Shown here in pieces: positions 19,367 through 28,560 of a stretch of 64,000 nucleotides of DNA (the first letter of the stretch is position 1; each line of letters opens with the position of its first letter). Position numbers and translations under genes: made by a program. Under the pieces are notes generated by a model. The model was not told where the DNA came from. It saw only the letters and a program-made list of their open reading frames with translations, and ran no database searches. The stretch comes from Myxococcota bacterium (lineage in GTDB: Bacteria; Myxococcota; UBA4151). Where the stretch lies: contig JAYZBQ010000042.1 of the NCBI GenBank assembly GCA_036338695.1, positions 1 through 64,000 of the forward strand. Reading direction: 5' to 3'.

Positions 19367-20991
19367 CGGATCCGCTTCGGCTTGGGGATGTCCCAGAGCA
19401 AGATGCTGTGACCGAACTGCCCGATCGGCTCATAGCGCTTCAACCAATCCAAACAGCCCACTGGGACATGCCGCTCAGGCCGCTGAAGCTCGATCACATG
19501 CGCCGCCACGTAGCCGCTGACCAGACGACACGGCGGCTTCCGGAACCGCACCCCCCAGGCTTTGGGTTGCCCGTGATAACGCGCGTACCAGATCAACGGG
19601 ATCCCCTCGGCTGCCTGCCAGGCGCCGAGCTGACGCTGCCCTTGTCCCCAGTCCTTACCGTGGACCAGATGCGCCCACCCTCGCTCAGGGCCGCCGGCGA
19701 GCGCGTTGAAGTACATCAGATAATCAGGCGCCACGCGGTGCACGGACAGCGCCAAGATCAAAAGCGTCGACGCGACCGCTGGCGGTCCGAACTTGGCGCG
19801 CCTCCACCCCCACGCAAGGCACACGCCGAGGTATCCGGTCCACAGCGGCAGCGCCGGCAGGAGGTACTTGAGACCGCCTTGAGCCGGCGTCATCCATGAG
19901 AAGTAGATGAACCACCAAAGGGGCAGCACCAGCAGCGCGTAGGCTTTGAGCTCAAGCCGCCTGCGGATCAGCAACAGGCCGCCAAAGAGGGCCAACGCCA
20001 AGCCTGCGAGCGGGGTCTCATAAGCGATGGAGTAGAGGTAGAAGGTCGGCCAGCCTCGGTGCCGCACCTCGCCGTTGAGGAAGCTGTGGTGTCCGCCGCG
20101 CGCATGCAGCGCCTGAAACCCCACGCCGGAGAGGTAGTCATAGAGCGGGACGACGAGCCCCGACTCAGGGACAATGGCACGCAAGACGCGCCGCCCACCC
20201 ACCAGCTTACCGAGGTCGTCGTGCAGGCCGGTCTCGAGCGCCGCAGGTGTGACACGCACCAGCTGGAAGTCGTAGCTCGCCCAGAGGGTCAGCGGTGTCA
20301 GGAGACACCCGATCACGGCGAGCTCAGCGATCGGGCGGCGCCAGTTCCAGCCCTTGCGCGCCCGCCACAGCACGACCGCCAACGCGGGGATGGGCAGGAT
20401 CAAGGCGGTGCTCTTAGCTAACATGGCGAGGCTGAGCGTGATCGCTACGCCGACAGCTCGCACACGCCCGGGGCGCTCCAACCACTTCCAAAAGGCGATG
20501 ACGACGAGGAGCGTGGTGAGCGCAGCGCCGGCGTCGAGCGTCGCCACGCTCGAATGCGCCAAAAAGAGTGGCGAGCAGGCGAGCAGGCCGGCGCTCAACA
20601 GACCGCTGAGCGCGCTGAACTCGAGGGTCAAAAATGCAAACAGCACCAGCGATGTCAGGACCGACAAGGCGATGTTCACGCGGCGCGCCGCCAGCAGGTT
20701 GCGCATCATCCGCTCAGGCGGATGGCCCCACAACGAGTCCTCCCAGCTGTCGCCCTTTCCCGATCGAACCGCTGGCTCGACTCGATCCAGCGCAGCCGCC
20801 ATCAACCACTTCGTCAGAAGCGGCTGTTCGCGGTTGATACGATCCCGACCAAAACGCACGATCCGCGTGGCCCCGGCGAGATAGGTCGACTCATCGACCG
20901 TGTCACTGTGATGAGCCGCCGTGTAGTCGAGCACACCGACCTGAGCAACGAGCACGACGCAAAGCGCCACGCCGATCCACACCCGCTGCAT
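19363..20991 (-). CDS. ArnT/PMT-like (GT-C) lipid-carrier-dependent glycosyltransferase
   Basis: TVDE motif after TM1, NREQPLLTK, many TMs, AK motif and C-terminal YFN..GG..DWGQ. Confidence 0.85.
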   Translation of the reverse strand: MQRVWIGVALCVVLVAQVGVLDYTAAHHSDTVDESTYLAGATRIVRFGRDRINREQPLLTKWLMAAALDRVEPAVRSGKGDSWEDSLWGHPPERMMRNLLAARRVNIALSVLTSLVLFAFLTLEFSALSGLLSAGLLACSPLFLAHSSVATLDAGAALTTLLVVIAFWKWLERPGRVRAVGVAITLSLAMLAKSTALILPIPALAVVLWRARKGWNWRRPIAELAVIGCLLTPLTLWASYDFQLVRVTPAALETGLHDDLGKLVGGRRVLRAIVPESGLVVPLYDYLSGVGFQALHARGGHHSFLNGEVRHRGWPTFYLYSIAYETPLAGLALALFGGLLLIRRRLELKAYALLVLPLWWFIYFSWMTPAQGGLKYLLPALPLWTGYLGVCLAWGWRRAKFGPPAVASTLLILALSVHRVAPDYLMYFNALAGGPERGWAHLVHGKDWGQGQRQLGAWQAAEGIPLIWYARYHGQPKAWGVRFRKPPCRLVSGYVAAHVIELQRPERHVPVGCLDWLKRYEPIGQFGHSILLWDIPKPKRIR

Positions 20992-20993
20992 CG

Positions 20994-22520
20994 TCAGCGC
21001 CCGGCGACGCGCCGAGCCAGCGCTAGATCCTCGCCGCCGAGCTCACGCGTGAGCACGAGAAAGACCAAGTTAAAGCTCGCCACCACCGCAAGCGCAGCCA
21101 CCCCTTGGACCAAGCCGCTCGGCTCCCACACGATGGGGATCAGCAGCGTCAACGCCACTCCAGCGCCGACCCTCAGCGCCGTCTTGAGCGAGAGTGAGGC
21201 GCCAAAGATGCGCCACACCATCACCAAAGAGACCAAGGCGCCGAACCAGAGCGCGCCGATCGATGCAGACGCGGCGGCGCGCACGTCCCCCGTCCCCACG
21301 CCGAGCGGAACGACGACCGCTGCGAGCCCTGCGATCAAAGCGACCAGTCCCCAGGCCACCAGAGGTCGCCCGGACGCGTTTAAGATGTTCATGGTGATGG
21401 TCACGAGCGCAAATGCCATCTGTCCGAGGCAGAGGATCCGAAGGATCGGAACCGCAGGCTCGTAGGCTGCGCCAAAGAGCACAGGCAAAAGCGCGGGCGC
21501 AGCGACAAAGATGCCGGCGCTGGTGACCGCCGCCAAGCCAAAGGTAAAGCGGGTGGCGTTGTGGATGTAACGCTTCACCGCCTCGGTGTCGCCCGCAAAG
21601 GCGACGGTGCTGAGCATCGGAAAAAGCACCAAGCTGATGCCCATGACCAGGAAGTAAGGCACCCGCGCAAAGTCCATCGCGGCGCTGTACTGCCCGACCA
21701 TCACCTGCCCAAGCTCTTCGCCGCCGAGGACCGCTGCGTTGCCTTTGACAACCAGCAGGTCGACCTGCTTGAGCAGCTCAAAGGTCAGGGTGTAGAGGAT
21801 GATCCCCCCGGCAAACCGCAGGATCACCTGCCCATCGATGCTCCGAGGCGCCCTCGCCTCTCGACGGACGCGTCGCGTGGCAAAAAAGGCGGCGGTACAA
21901 ATGATCGCAGCAGCGCTCGCCCAGCCAAGCAGCCCGCCCACAGCCGCTGCGTTCGCCATGGTCACCCACTGCGGCAGCAGCAACGCGCCCGCCACGATGC
22001 AGCCCAGCTTCAAGAAGCTAAAGGAGCCGTCAAGGAGCGCCTGAACGTTGAACGCACGCACCCCGTTCACGGTCCCGAGCAGATGGGCGTACAGGCCGTA
22101 AAAGACAGGGATCAGGAAGGCGGCGCGCAAGAGCGGCACCAGCGCCGGATCGTTCAAGCTCGCAGCGATCGACGGCGTCAACAGCTGCGCAGCGACGCCG
22201 ATCGCAAAGACGAGCGGGACGGCGCGGCGAGCCACGTAGCCTACCAAAACACCAGCGGCGGCGCGCTGTTCGGCGCCAAACTTTGAGACCACCTGAAGGA
22301 TACTCAGGAGAACCGCCTGAGCCAAAATCGACATCGTCTGCGCCGAGACGCGGTAGCGACCAAACTGAGCCGGGTCCTGATCACCCGCAGCATCCAGGAT
22401 GATGCGCGGCATGATGAGGGTGAGGCCTAAACCCGAGACAAGAAAAGTCGCCTTGGCAGCGGCGATGGCGAGCGCGCCTCGTCCCGCCTGCTTGACGACA
22501 TCATCGGCCGGCTGACTCAT
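20994..22520 (-). CDS. MOP-superfamily oligosaccharide flippase (Wzx-like)
   Basis: About 14 hydrophobic segments with FGRY, VGQYSAA, VLFPMLS and LFGAAY patterns. Confidence 0.8.
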   Translation of the reverse strand: MSQPADDVVKQAGRGALAIAAAKATFLVSGLGLTLIMPRIILDAAGDQDPAQFGRYRVSAQTMSILAQAVLLSILQVVSKFGAEQRAAAGVLVGYVARRAVPLVFAIGVAAQLLTPSIAASLNDPALVPLLRAAFLIPVFYGLYAHLLGTVNGVRAFNVQALLDGSFSFLKLGCIVAGALLLPQWVTMANAAAVGGLLGWASAAAIICTAAFFATRRVRREARAPRSIDGQVILRFAGGIILYTLTFELLKQVDLLVVKGNAAVLGGEELGQVMVGQYSAAMDFARVPYFLVMGISLVLFPMLSTVAFAGDTEAVKRYIHNATRFTFGLAAVTSAGIFVAAPALLPVLFGAAYEPAVPILRILCLGQMAFALVTITMNILNASGRPLVAWGLVALIAGLAAVVVPLGVGTGDVRAAASASIGALWFGALVSLVMVWRIFGASLSLKTALRVGAGVALTLLIPIVWEPSGLVQGVAALAVVASFNLVFLVLTRELGGEDLALARRVAGR

Positions 22521-24610
22521 CGGATGTCCTGGGTCGATGCATGCACCACGCGCGCCGAGAGGTTGACGCTCTCAAGGCGTACCGTCAGCGGATCCCCGAG
22601 GGTCATCGTCGCGCCCGATCGCAGGGTGAGGCGTTGATGGGCGACGTCAAACTCAACCCGTTGCCTCGGGAGGTCCTCGCGCGCCACCATCACCGTCACG
22701 GGCGGATCGAGCAGGCGGACGTAGATCCCCTTGGCGGCCACGCCATCGATCACCCCCTCAAAGGTCTCGCCCTCTCGCCCCTGAAGCAGACGACAGGCGT
22801 AGAGTCGATGCGCGGCTCGCTCCGCCGCGACGCTACGCGCCTCACAGTTGGACGCCTCTTCACAGAACCGATCGAGCGCCTCCCCCTGCGAGAGCGCCGC
22901 GCCACGATCGCCGAGGTGATAGCGCACGGCGCGATGGACCAGGAGATCGGGGTAACGGCGAATCGGGGACGTAAAGTGGAGGTAATGCTCCGAGCTTAAA
23001 CCCCAATGCCCCATAGGCTCCGCGTCATACTGCGCTTTGCTCATCGCGCGCAGGAGAACCTGACTCAGCACCGGCTTGAGCGGATCGCTGCCGAGCTTGG
23101 CCATCATCTTGTTCAACTTTGCCGGCGTCGGCGCACCCGTCGGCTTTCGCAGACCAAGCCCGCTCGCCAGCGCCAGAAAACTGCTCAAGCCGGACGCCGA
23201 CGGCGGCTCGTGCACCCGCCAAGGGACCTCGGTCTCCGCCTCGAGCAAGCGCCGGCCGACCTCCTCGTTTGCGGCGATCATACACATCTCCACAACCCGC
23301 TCGGCGAAGCGCTGGTGGCGCTCGACGACCCCGGTCGGCTCGCCGTCTTGATCGAGCTGGAACCGGAGCTCTCCGCCTGCGATTTCAAGCTGACCCTTTC
23401 GCCCACGAGCGGCGAGCAGCATCCGCGCCGCCTCGCTCAACACGGTGGTCGACTCGCGCAGCGCCTGATCGTCCGGCAGCGCCTCTGCGTCTCCGTCGAT
23501 GTACGCCTGGACCTGGTCGTAGTTGAGGTCCGCACGCGACCGGATCGTCCCGAGCCCCCAGTCGCTGCTGATGACGTCCCCCTGATAATCGATCTCTAGA
23601 CGCACGAACACGACCGGCCGATCGACCCCGGCGCGCAGCGACGCCGCATCGGCGCTCAACCACTCCGGCAACATGGGCAAGACGCGATCCGGCAGGTACG
23701 TCGAGCAGCCACGTCGCGCCGCGTAATCGTCGAGCGCCGATCCAGGCCGGACAAACCCGGCCACATCGGCGATGGCCACGGTGACCTCGGCGCCTCGATC
23801 CGTCCAGCGAGCGCAGAGCGCGTCGTCGTGATCGCGCGCATCAGCCGGATCGATCGTTGCGAACGGCAGATGGGTCAAATCAAGGCGCGGCGCGCCCCCA
23901 TCTTCACAAGCGAGCGCGCCGGGCTCGGCTTCCTGGCTCACCCACTCGAGGCCATGCTCGGCGAGTAAACGCTCGACCTCTACAGCGAAGCCTGCGCCGT
24001 GCTCGAAGACCTTCTCAAGCTCGGTGACCAGGGTCGAGGTGCCCCCATCCCAGCGCGGCGGCTCGACGCCGGTAATGCGTGCGCGGACCATCTGCCCGCT
24101 GCGCAGGTCATCTCGATCCGTGCGCACCTCAATCGGCAGCTCGAGGCGACGGTCCTGTGCGTCGAGGATCCAGCGCTCATAGCCCTCAACCAAACGACCG
24201 ATGATACGGGTCCGGTGCCTCTTGACCAGCTGAAGGTTGACCCCTTCGGGACCTTTTCGGCCGGGGACGAGCTCGGCCTCGACCTCGTCGCCGTCGAGGA
24301 GCCCCTCAAACGCCCCTGGAGCCACAAAGGCAGAGTCGCCCCCGCGCCCGTCGATGAAGGCGAAGCCCCTCGGCGAGACCTTGAGCCGCCCGCGCAGCAC
24401 CTTGCGCCGCCGAGCCCGAAGACGCTGCGCCTCCCCCTTACTCAAGACGCCTTGGCGCTGCTGCGCCTTGAGCCAAGCTCGAAACGCCCGGCGGGCGCCC
24501 GGCGCAATCTCCATCGCGTGGATCCGCTGCGCCGGGGTCATGCCGTAGCCGTCCGTCTGCTCGAGCAGCTCGAGCAGCCTTTGGCGGTCAAATGATGATG
24601 CGTAGCTCAC
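22517..24610 (-). CDS. rnr: Ribonuclease R (RNB family)
   Basis: CSD (RGFAF), TIDPADARDHDDA, HFTSPIRRYPDLLVHR and C-terminal S1. Confidence 0.92.
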   Translation of the reverse strand: MSYASSFDRQRLLELLEQTDGYGMTPAQRIHAMEIAPGARRAFRAWLKAQQRQGVLSKGEAQRLRARRRKVLRGRLKVSPRGFAFIDGRGGDSAFVAPGAFEGLLDGDEVEAELVPGRKGPEGVNLQLVKRHRTRIIGRLVEGYERWILDAQDRRLELPIEVRTDRDDLRSGQMVRARITGVEPPRWDGGTSTLVTELEKVFEHGAGFAVEVERLLAEHGLEWVSQEAEPGALACEDGGAPRLDLTHLPFATIDPADARDHDDALCARWTDRGAEVTVAIADVAGFVRPGSALDDYAARRGCSTYLPDRVLPMLPEWLSADAASLRAGVDRPVVFVRLEIDYQGDVISSDWGLGTIRSRADLNYDQVQAYIDGDAEALPDDQALRESTTVLSEAARMLLAARGRKGQLEIAGGELRFQLDQDGEPTGVVERHQRFAERVVEMCMIAANEEVGRRLLEAETEVPWRVHEPPSASGLSSFLALASGLGLRKPTGAPTPAKLNKMMAKLGSDPLKPVLSQVLLRAMSKAQYDAEPMGHWGLSSEHYLHFTSPIRRYPDLLVHRAVRYHLGDRGAALSQGEALDRFCEEASNCEARSVAAERAAHRLYACRLLQGREGETFEGVIDGVAAKGIYVRLLDPPVTVMVAREDLPRQRVEFDVAHQRLTLRSGATMTLGDPLTVRLESVNLSARVVHASTQDIR

Positions 24611-24628
24611 TGGTCGATCAGTTCCCGT

Positions 24629-24657
24629 TTGACAGGCTCAACCCCAAAGTCTAGTTG
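24629..24657 (+). promoter_or_regulatory. Putative sigma-70 promoter for tRNA-Leu(CAG)
   Basis: TTGACA-17 nt-TAGTTG, ending 29 nt before the tRNA. Confidence 0.55.
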
Positions 24658-24685
24658 AGCCCCCACCGATGGTTCCCCCGGGTAT

Positions 24686-24772
<87 letters not shown>

Positions 24773-24774
24773 GC

Positions 24775-24808
24775 AAAGCGGCGAAGCATCGCCGCTTTTG
24801 TTGTTTTT
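24775..24808 (+). terminator. Intrinsic terminator after tRNA-Leu(CAG)
   Basis: AAAGCGGCGA-AGCA-TCGCCGCTTT followed by TGTTGTTTTT. Confidence 0.8.
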
Positions 24809-24841
24809 ACACCAAAGGGCAAGGCTCGAATCACGGCGGCG

Positions 24842-25264
24842 CTAGAGCGCGTAGCGTGAAGTGATCATAGCCAGCGTGCCAAATACAGCGGCGATCCCGA
24901 CCACGACCAGCGCCACCAACAAGGGGCTCCCCTCGCGCCCCCAATCGTAAATTTTAGGTCCTAGCACCGCAGGAACCAGCGCTGTGAGCCACCACGGCTC
25001 ATGAAACACCGCCGGCTCGGTAGCCGTCGAGAGCCGAAAGAGCTCGGTCACGATCACCACGGCGAGCGGTCCGGACGCGTGCCCGAGCAGGACACTAAAG
25101 TACGGATTCGGTAAGCTCGAGATGCTCAAGACGATGAACCACAGCGCAACCCAACCCATGACCAAGGGGAACGGGAGCTCGAGCGCGCTCATGTTCAGGA
25201 GTTGTTGGTACCCGCCAGGGGTCTCCATGAGCTGCTTGAGCAGCTCGATCGTTGATTCAAGCAC
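24842..25264 (-). CDS. Hypothetical membrane protein (about 4 TM)
   Basis: 140-aa ORF filling the gap between two tRNAs, with four hydrophobic segments and GGAGG upstream. Confidence 0.65.
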   Translation of the reverse strand: MLESTIELLKQLMETPGGYQQLLNMSALELPFPLVMGWVALWFIVLSISSLPNPYFSVLLGHASGPLAVVIVTELFRLSTATEPAVFHEPWWLTALVPAVLGPKIYDWGREGSPLLVALVVVGIAAVFGTLAMITSRYAL

Positions 25265-25374
25265 GCGCAGCCTCCGGCGAACAGCATAGGCTAATTTCGC
25301 GTTCTAAACATCTTTCACGAACGGTCCTTCTGCCCTAAAGGCTGAAGTGTCGCTGCCGCAGGTGCAGCGGCCGC

Positions 25375-25463
25375 GCTCACCTGGCGGAATTGGTAGACGC
25401 CGGAGACTTAAAATCTTCTGGGCTTGATAGCCCGTCCGGGTTCGAGTCCCGGGGTGAGCACCA
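25375..25463 (+). tRNA. tRNA-Leu(TAA)
   Basis: Acceptor GCTCACC/GGTGAGC, anticodon loop CTTAAAA, long variable arm, GGTTCGAGTCC, encoded CCA. Confidence 0.96.
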
Positions 25464-25524
25464 ACTTGAGACGTAAGCCGACGCGTGCCCATGGGGTGGG
25501 GCGGCTTACTGTCTTATTTGGTGA

Positions 25525-28416
25525 CTAAAGCGCCGATCGAGCCTCGGCGATGAGCAGCATCAGCTCTGAATCCGCAGCTGCGCCTAACTGCTCACCAATG
25601 GTCTCCGCCTCAACGAGTGCTTTCTCGGCTTGGTCTCGAGCCCCTGCTTTTGCTTCGATCAAGCCGCGCCGAGACAGCAGCAACCCCAACTGGAGCGTAT
25701 GAACCCCACGCAGTTGCTGCTCACCGTGATTGAAAAGTTCTCGAGCTTCGACGAGCTGACCACTGTCGGCTCTCATCATGGCGAGTATCGAGCGGAAAGC
25801 AGCCGATGCAGGGTGGCTAAACTCATCGCATTGCTCGATGGCTTGTATCAAATAATACTGAGCATTTACTGGCTCATTATGTTCATAGAGCGCTGAGCCT
25901 AAGTTGCCGCTAAATATGGCTGAATTAAGAGGGTTGCCTATTTCTTTGGATAAGCTGATCGCCTGGTGAGCATACTCCAAACATTCGCTTAATCGATCTT
26001 GGTGTTTCATCAAGACGCTGATGTTATTGAGTAAGATCGCTTTCGCTCGCTGATCATGTAACTGCTCATAGATTGCTTTCGCGTCCAAATAAGTGCTTTC
26101 AGCGTATTCAAATTGCCCCAAGTCCGTATAAATAATGCCTAGATTATTAAGGGCGGTCGCTAGAGCGCGATGGTCCTGAGTCTGTCTCGCCAACTTACGT
26201 GCTTGCTCAAGCGTGGCTATCGATTGCTCAGGGGCTCCATTAAACTTCTCTAGGTTGGAGCGAAGAATCCAGAACCGCGTTTGAAAGAAGTCGTCACCTG
26301 AAACCGCAATCAGTTGTTCTGCACGGCGAATCAGCTGGGTACATTTATCCATCTCACGGTTTAGTTCACCAGTTACACTGAGTAAGTAGAGCGCTTCGAT
26401 CTCAAGAGTCTGGACCGATAAACTTTCTGCTCGTTTCAGCGCGTCAGAAACCACTTCGACAGCTTGCAAGGTACGCGAAGCGCGTATGAGAATGTCGGCG
26501 AACAAAAACTGCAGACGCACTCGCGCAGAACCCTCAGGAACCATACCGATGAGATTTTCAAGCCAGTCTGCGGTCAAACCAAAGGGTCCGCGCCAAAGAG
26601 CACCGTGCCCGACGACCAACGCGCAACCACAAGCCGACTCGAAGTCTGCGACCTGCAGCGCTGCCTGCACCGCAGTTCGGCAGTTGTTAACCTCGAGTAG
26701 CGCCTCGCGAGATCGGTCCACATTACCCATGGAGCGAATCGATTCGAGCGTTCCAAGCTGGGCATAATATTGGGCATGACGGCGGCGAACATCGTGCTCA
26801 TCAACACTCTTTTCGAGCGCATAGATTTGAACACTCTTCGTCATCTGATAGCGGACGTGCCCCTCAATCGGCTCCACACGACGCACGAGACTATGATCAA
26901 CGAGTTTTTCAAGCACGTCCATGATCCAAAGATCCGGATCAGTAGCCTCTAAATCAATGACCGCCTCGGCCGCTTCAAGCGTACAGCCCCCCTCAAAAAC
27001 AGCCAGTTGGCTCAGCGCTAACTGCTCAACGGGCTGCAACAAACTCCAAGACCAATCGATCGCCGAGCGCAACGTCGCTTGACGTTCGTTTTGCCGCTTA
27101 CGCGAGCCTTTCAACAACTTAAAGCGCTGACCTAAACGCTCTAGGATCTGCTCTGCAGACAGCATACGAATACGCGCCGCAGCCAACTCAATAGCGAGCG
27201 GCATCTGATCAAGCTGCTCGACAATCTCTCGTACAACGGTCTCGAGTTCAGGGGTACGAACAAAGCGCTTTTGAATCGCCGATGCGCGATCAAAAAATAG
27301 CTCCATTGCATTATCGACACTCAGCGGCTCGATATCGAAAATATCTTCACCCTCAACCCGAAGAGCGACTTGTGATGCGACTAAAAATACAGCGTGCGGC
27401 GCCCTACGCAGCCAGTCATTTAACGTTTCGCCAGCGACTTGAATGATCTGTTCAAAATTATCAAAAATGATCAAAACGCGCTGGCGACCGCGGATGGCAT
27501 AACTCAGCTGTTCTTGTGGATCGGCTTCGGATAACTGCACATCAAGTGCCGCTGCTGTGGCGACCAATACATCCACAAGAGTTTCCGCACGACTCAGGTC
27601 AACAAACCACACGCCACCAACAAATTCAGCCAACATTTGATGTCCGAACCGCTGATAAAGGCTCGTCTTACCAACACCGCCAAGGCCTAAGCCAGTGATC
27701 AGCCGATGCCCCTCAGCAATTCGTCGTTTTAGTTCATCTAGATCGTGTACACGGCCGACAAATCGATCCACTCGATGAGGCAAATTGGTCTTCTTTAGGT
27801 CAACGGTTTTGATCTTCGGAAAACGTCGTCCTTTAAGACCGTTTGGCAAAATCTGATGCAGATGCTCGTGCTGCTCAAGCCCCTTTAGCCGGTGTTCGCC
27901 TAAGTCGACTACGTCACCACTATCGCTCCGATAGACAACCGACCCGCTGACGAGAACCTGACCCCCATGACCTGCCCCACCAACACGGGCAGCTCGATTG
28001 ACCATCCCACCAAAATAATCCATCCGTCCGGTGTTCGGGTCTGGCTGACAAATGGGGTCGCCAGAATGGACGCCCATCCGCACGCGCAAGCCGCGAAACA
28101 AGGGTTTTCCATCCTCGCTGAGGTGCTCCGAAGCCTCCTCTTGAGACAGGATCGCTTCCGGCCACGGAGCCTGCATCAAACGCTCTTGGACACGCAGACA
28201 CCAATCAACGGCTTGCTGACCTGTGCTAAACGCAACCATGAAGGCATCGCCTTCAGTTTTCACTTCGTAGCCGCCTGCGGCTAGCAACGTGGCTCTCATC
28301 ATCTCATCATGAAGCGCGAGCGCTTGCCTCATAGCACCCGGAACACGATCCCACAGCGCCGTCGAACCCTCGACGTCAGTGAATACGAGAGTAACTGTAC
28401 CAATCGGTGCTTCCAT
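25525..28416 (-). CDS. Class III adenylate cyclase - STAND P-loop NTPase - wHTH - TPR protein
   Basis: FTDVEGST, KTEGDAF, RVRMGVHSG and DYFGGMVNRAAR (cyclase); GLGGVGKT, IFDNFEQ and PLAIELAAAR (STAND); ALNNLG TPRs. Confidence 0.92.
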   Translation of the reverse strand: MEAPIGTVTLVFTDVEGSTALWDRVPGAMRQALALHDEMMRATLLAAGGYEVKTEGDAFMVAFSTGQQAVDWCLRVQERLMQAPWPEAILSQEEASEHLSEDGKPLFRGLRVRMGVHSGDPICQPDPNTGRMDYFGGMVNRAARVGGAGHGGQVLVSGSVVYRSDSGDVVDLGEHRLKGLEQHEHLHQILPNGLKGRRFPKIKTVDLKKTNLPHRVDRFVGRVHDLDELKRRIAEGHRLITGLGLGGVGKTSLYQRFGHQMLAEFVGGVWFVDLSRAETLVDVLVATAAALDVQLSEADPQEQLSYAIRGRQRVLIIFDNFEQIIQVAGETLNDWLRRAPHAVFLVASQVALRVEGEDIFDIEPLSVDNAMELFFDRASAIQKRFVRTPELETVVREIVEQLDQMPLAIELAAARIRMLSAEQILERLGQRFKLLKGSRKRQNERQATLRSAIDWSWSLLQPVEQLALSQLAVFEGGCTLEAAEAVIDLEATDPDLWIMDVLEKLVDHSLVRRVEPIEGHVRYQMTKSVQIYALEKSVDEHDVRRRHAQYYAQLGTLESIRSMGNVDRSREALLEVNNCRTAVQAALQVADFESACGCALVVGHGALWRGPFGLTADWLENLIGMVPEGSARVRLQFLFADILIRASRTLQAVEVVSDALKRAESLSVQTLEIEALYLLSVTGELNREMDKCTQLIRRAEQLIAVSGDDFFQTRFWILRSNLEKFNGAPEQSIATLEQARKLARQTQDHRALATALNNLGIIYTDLGQFEYAESTYLDAKAIYEQLHDQRAKAILLNNISVLMKHQDRLSECLEYAHQAISLSKEIGNPLNSAIFSGNLGSALYEHNEPVNAQYYLIQAIEQCDEFSHPASAAFRSILAMMRADSGQLVEARELFNHGEQQLRGVHTLQLGLLLSRRGLIEAKAGARDQAEKALVEAETIGEQLGAAADSELMLLIAEARSAL

Positions 28417-28560
28417 CAACCGTCTCCACGTGATGCATAATCTATCTCGGAAGTCCGTGTTAAGCGTCCATCACCTGACCAAAAATTTTGAAGGTAATCG
28501 CTTGCTTGTGAGCTATCACACCGTCAACTTCGACGCTCGCTGCTTCTCTTGATGAACCAC

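Noticed and set aside
25464..28548. Integrative element at tRNA-Leu(TAA)
   Set aside because: No integrase or transposase, and no duplicated tRNA 3' end found by eye; only the compositional anomaly is reported.
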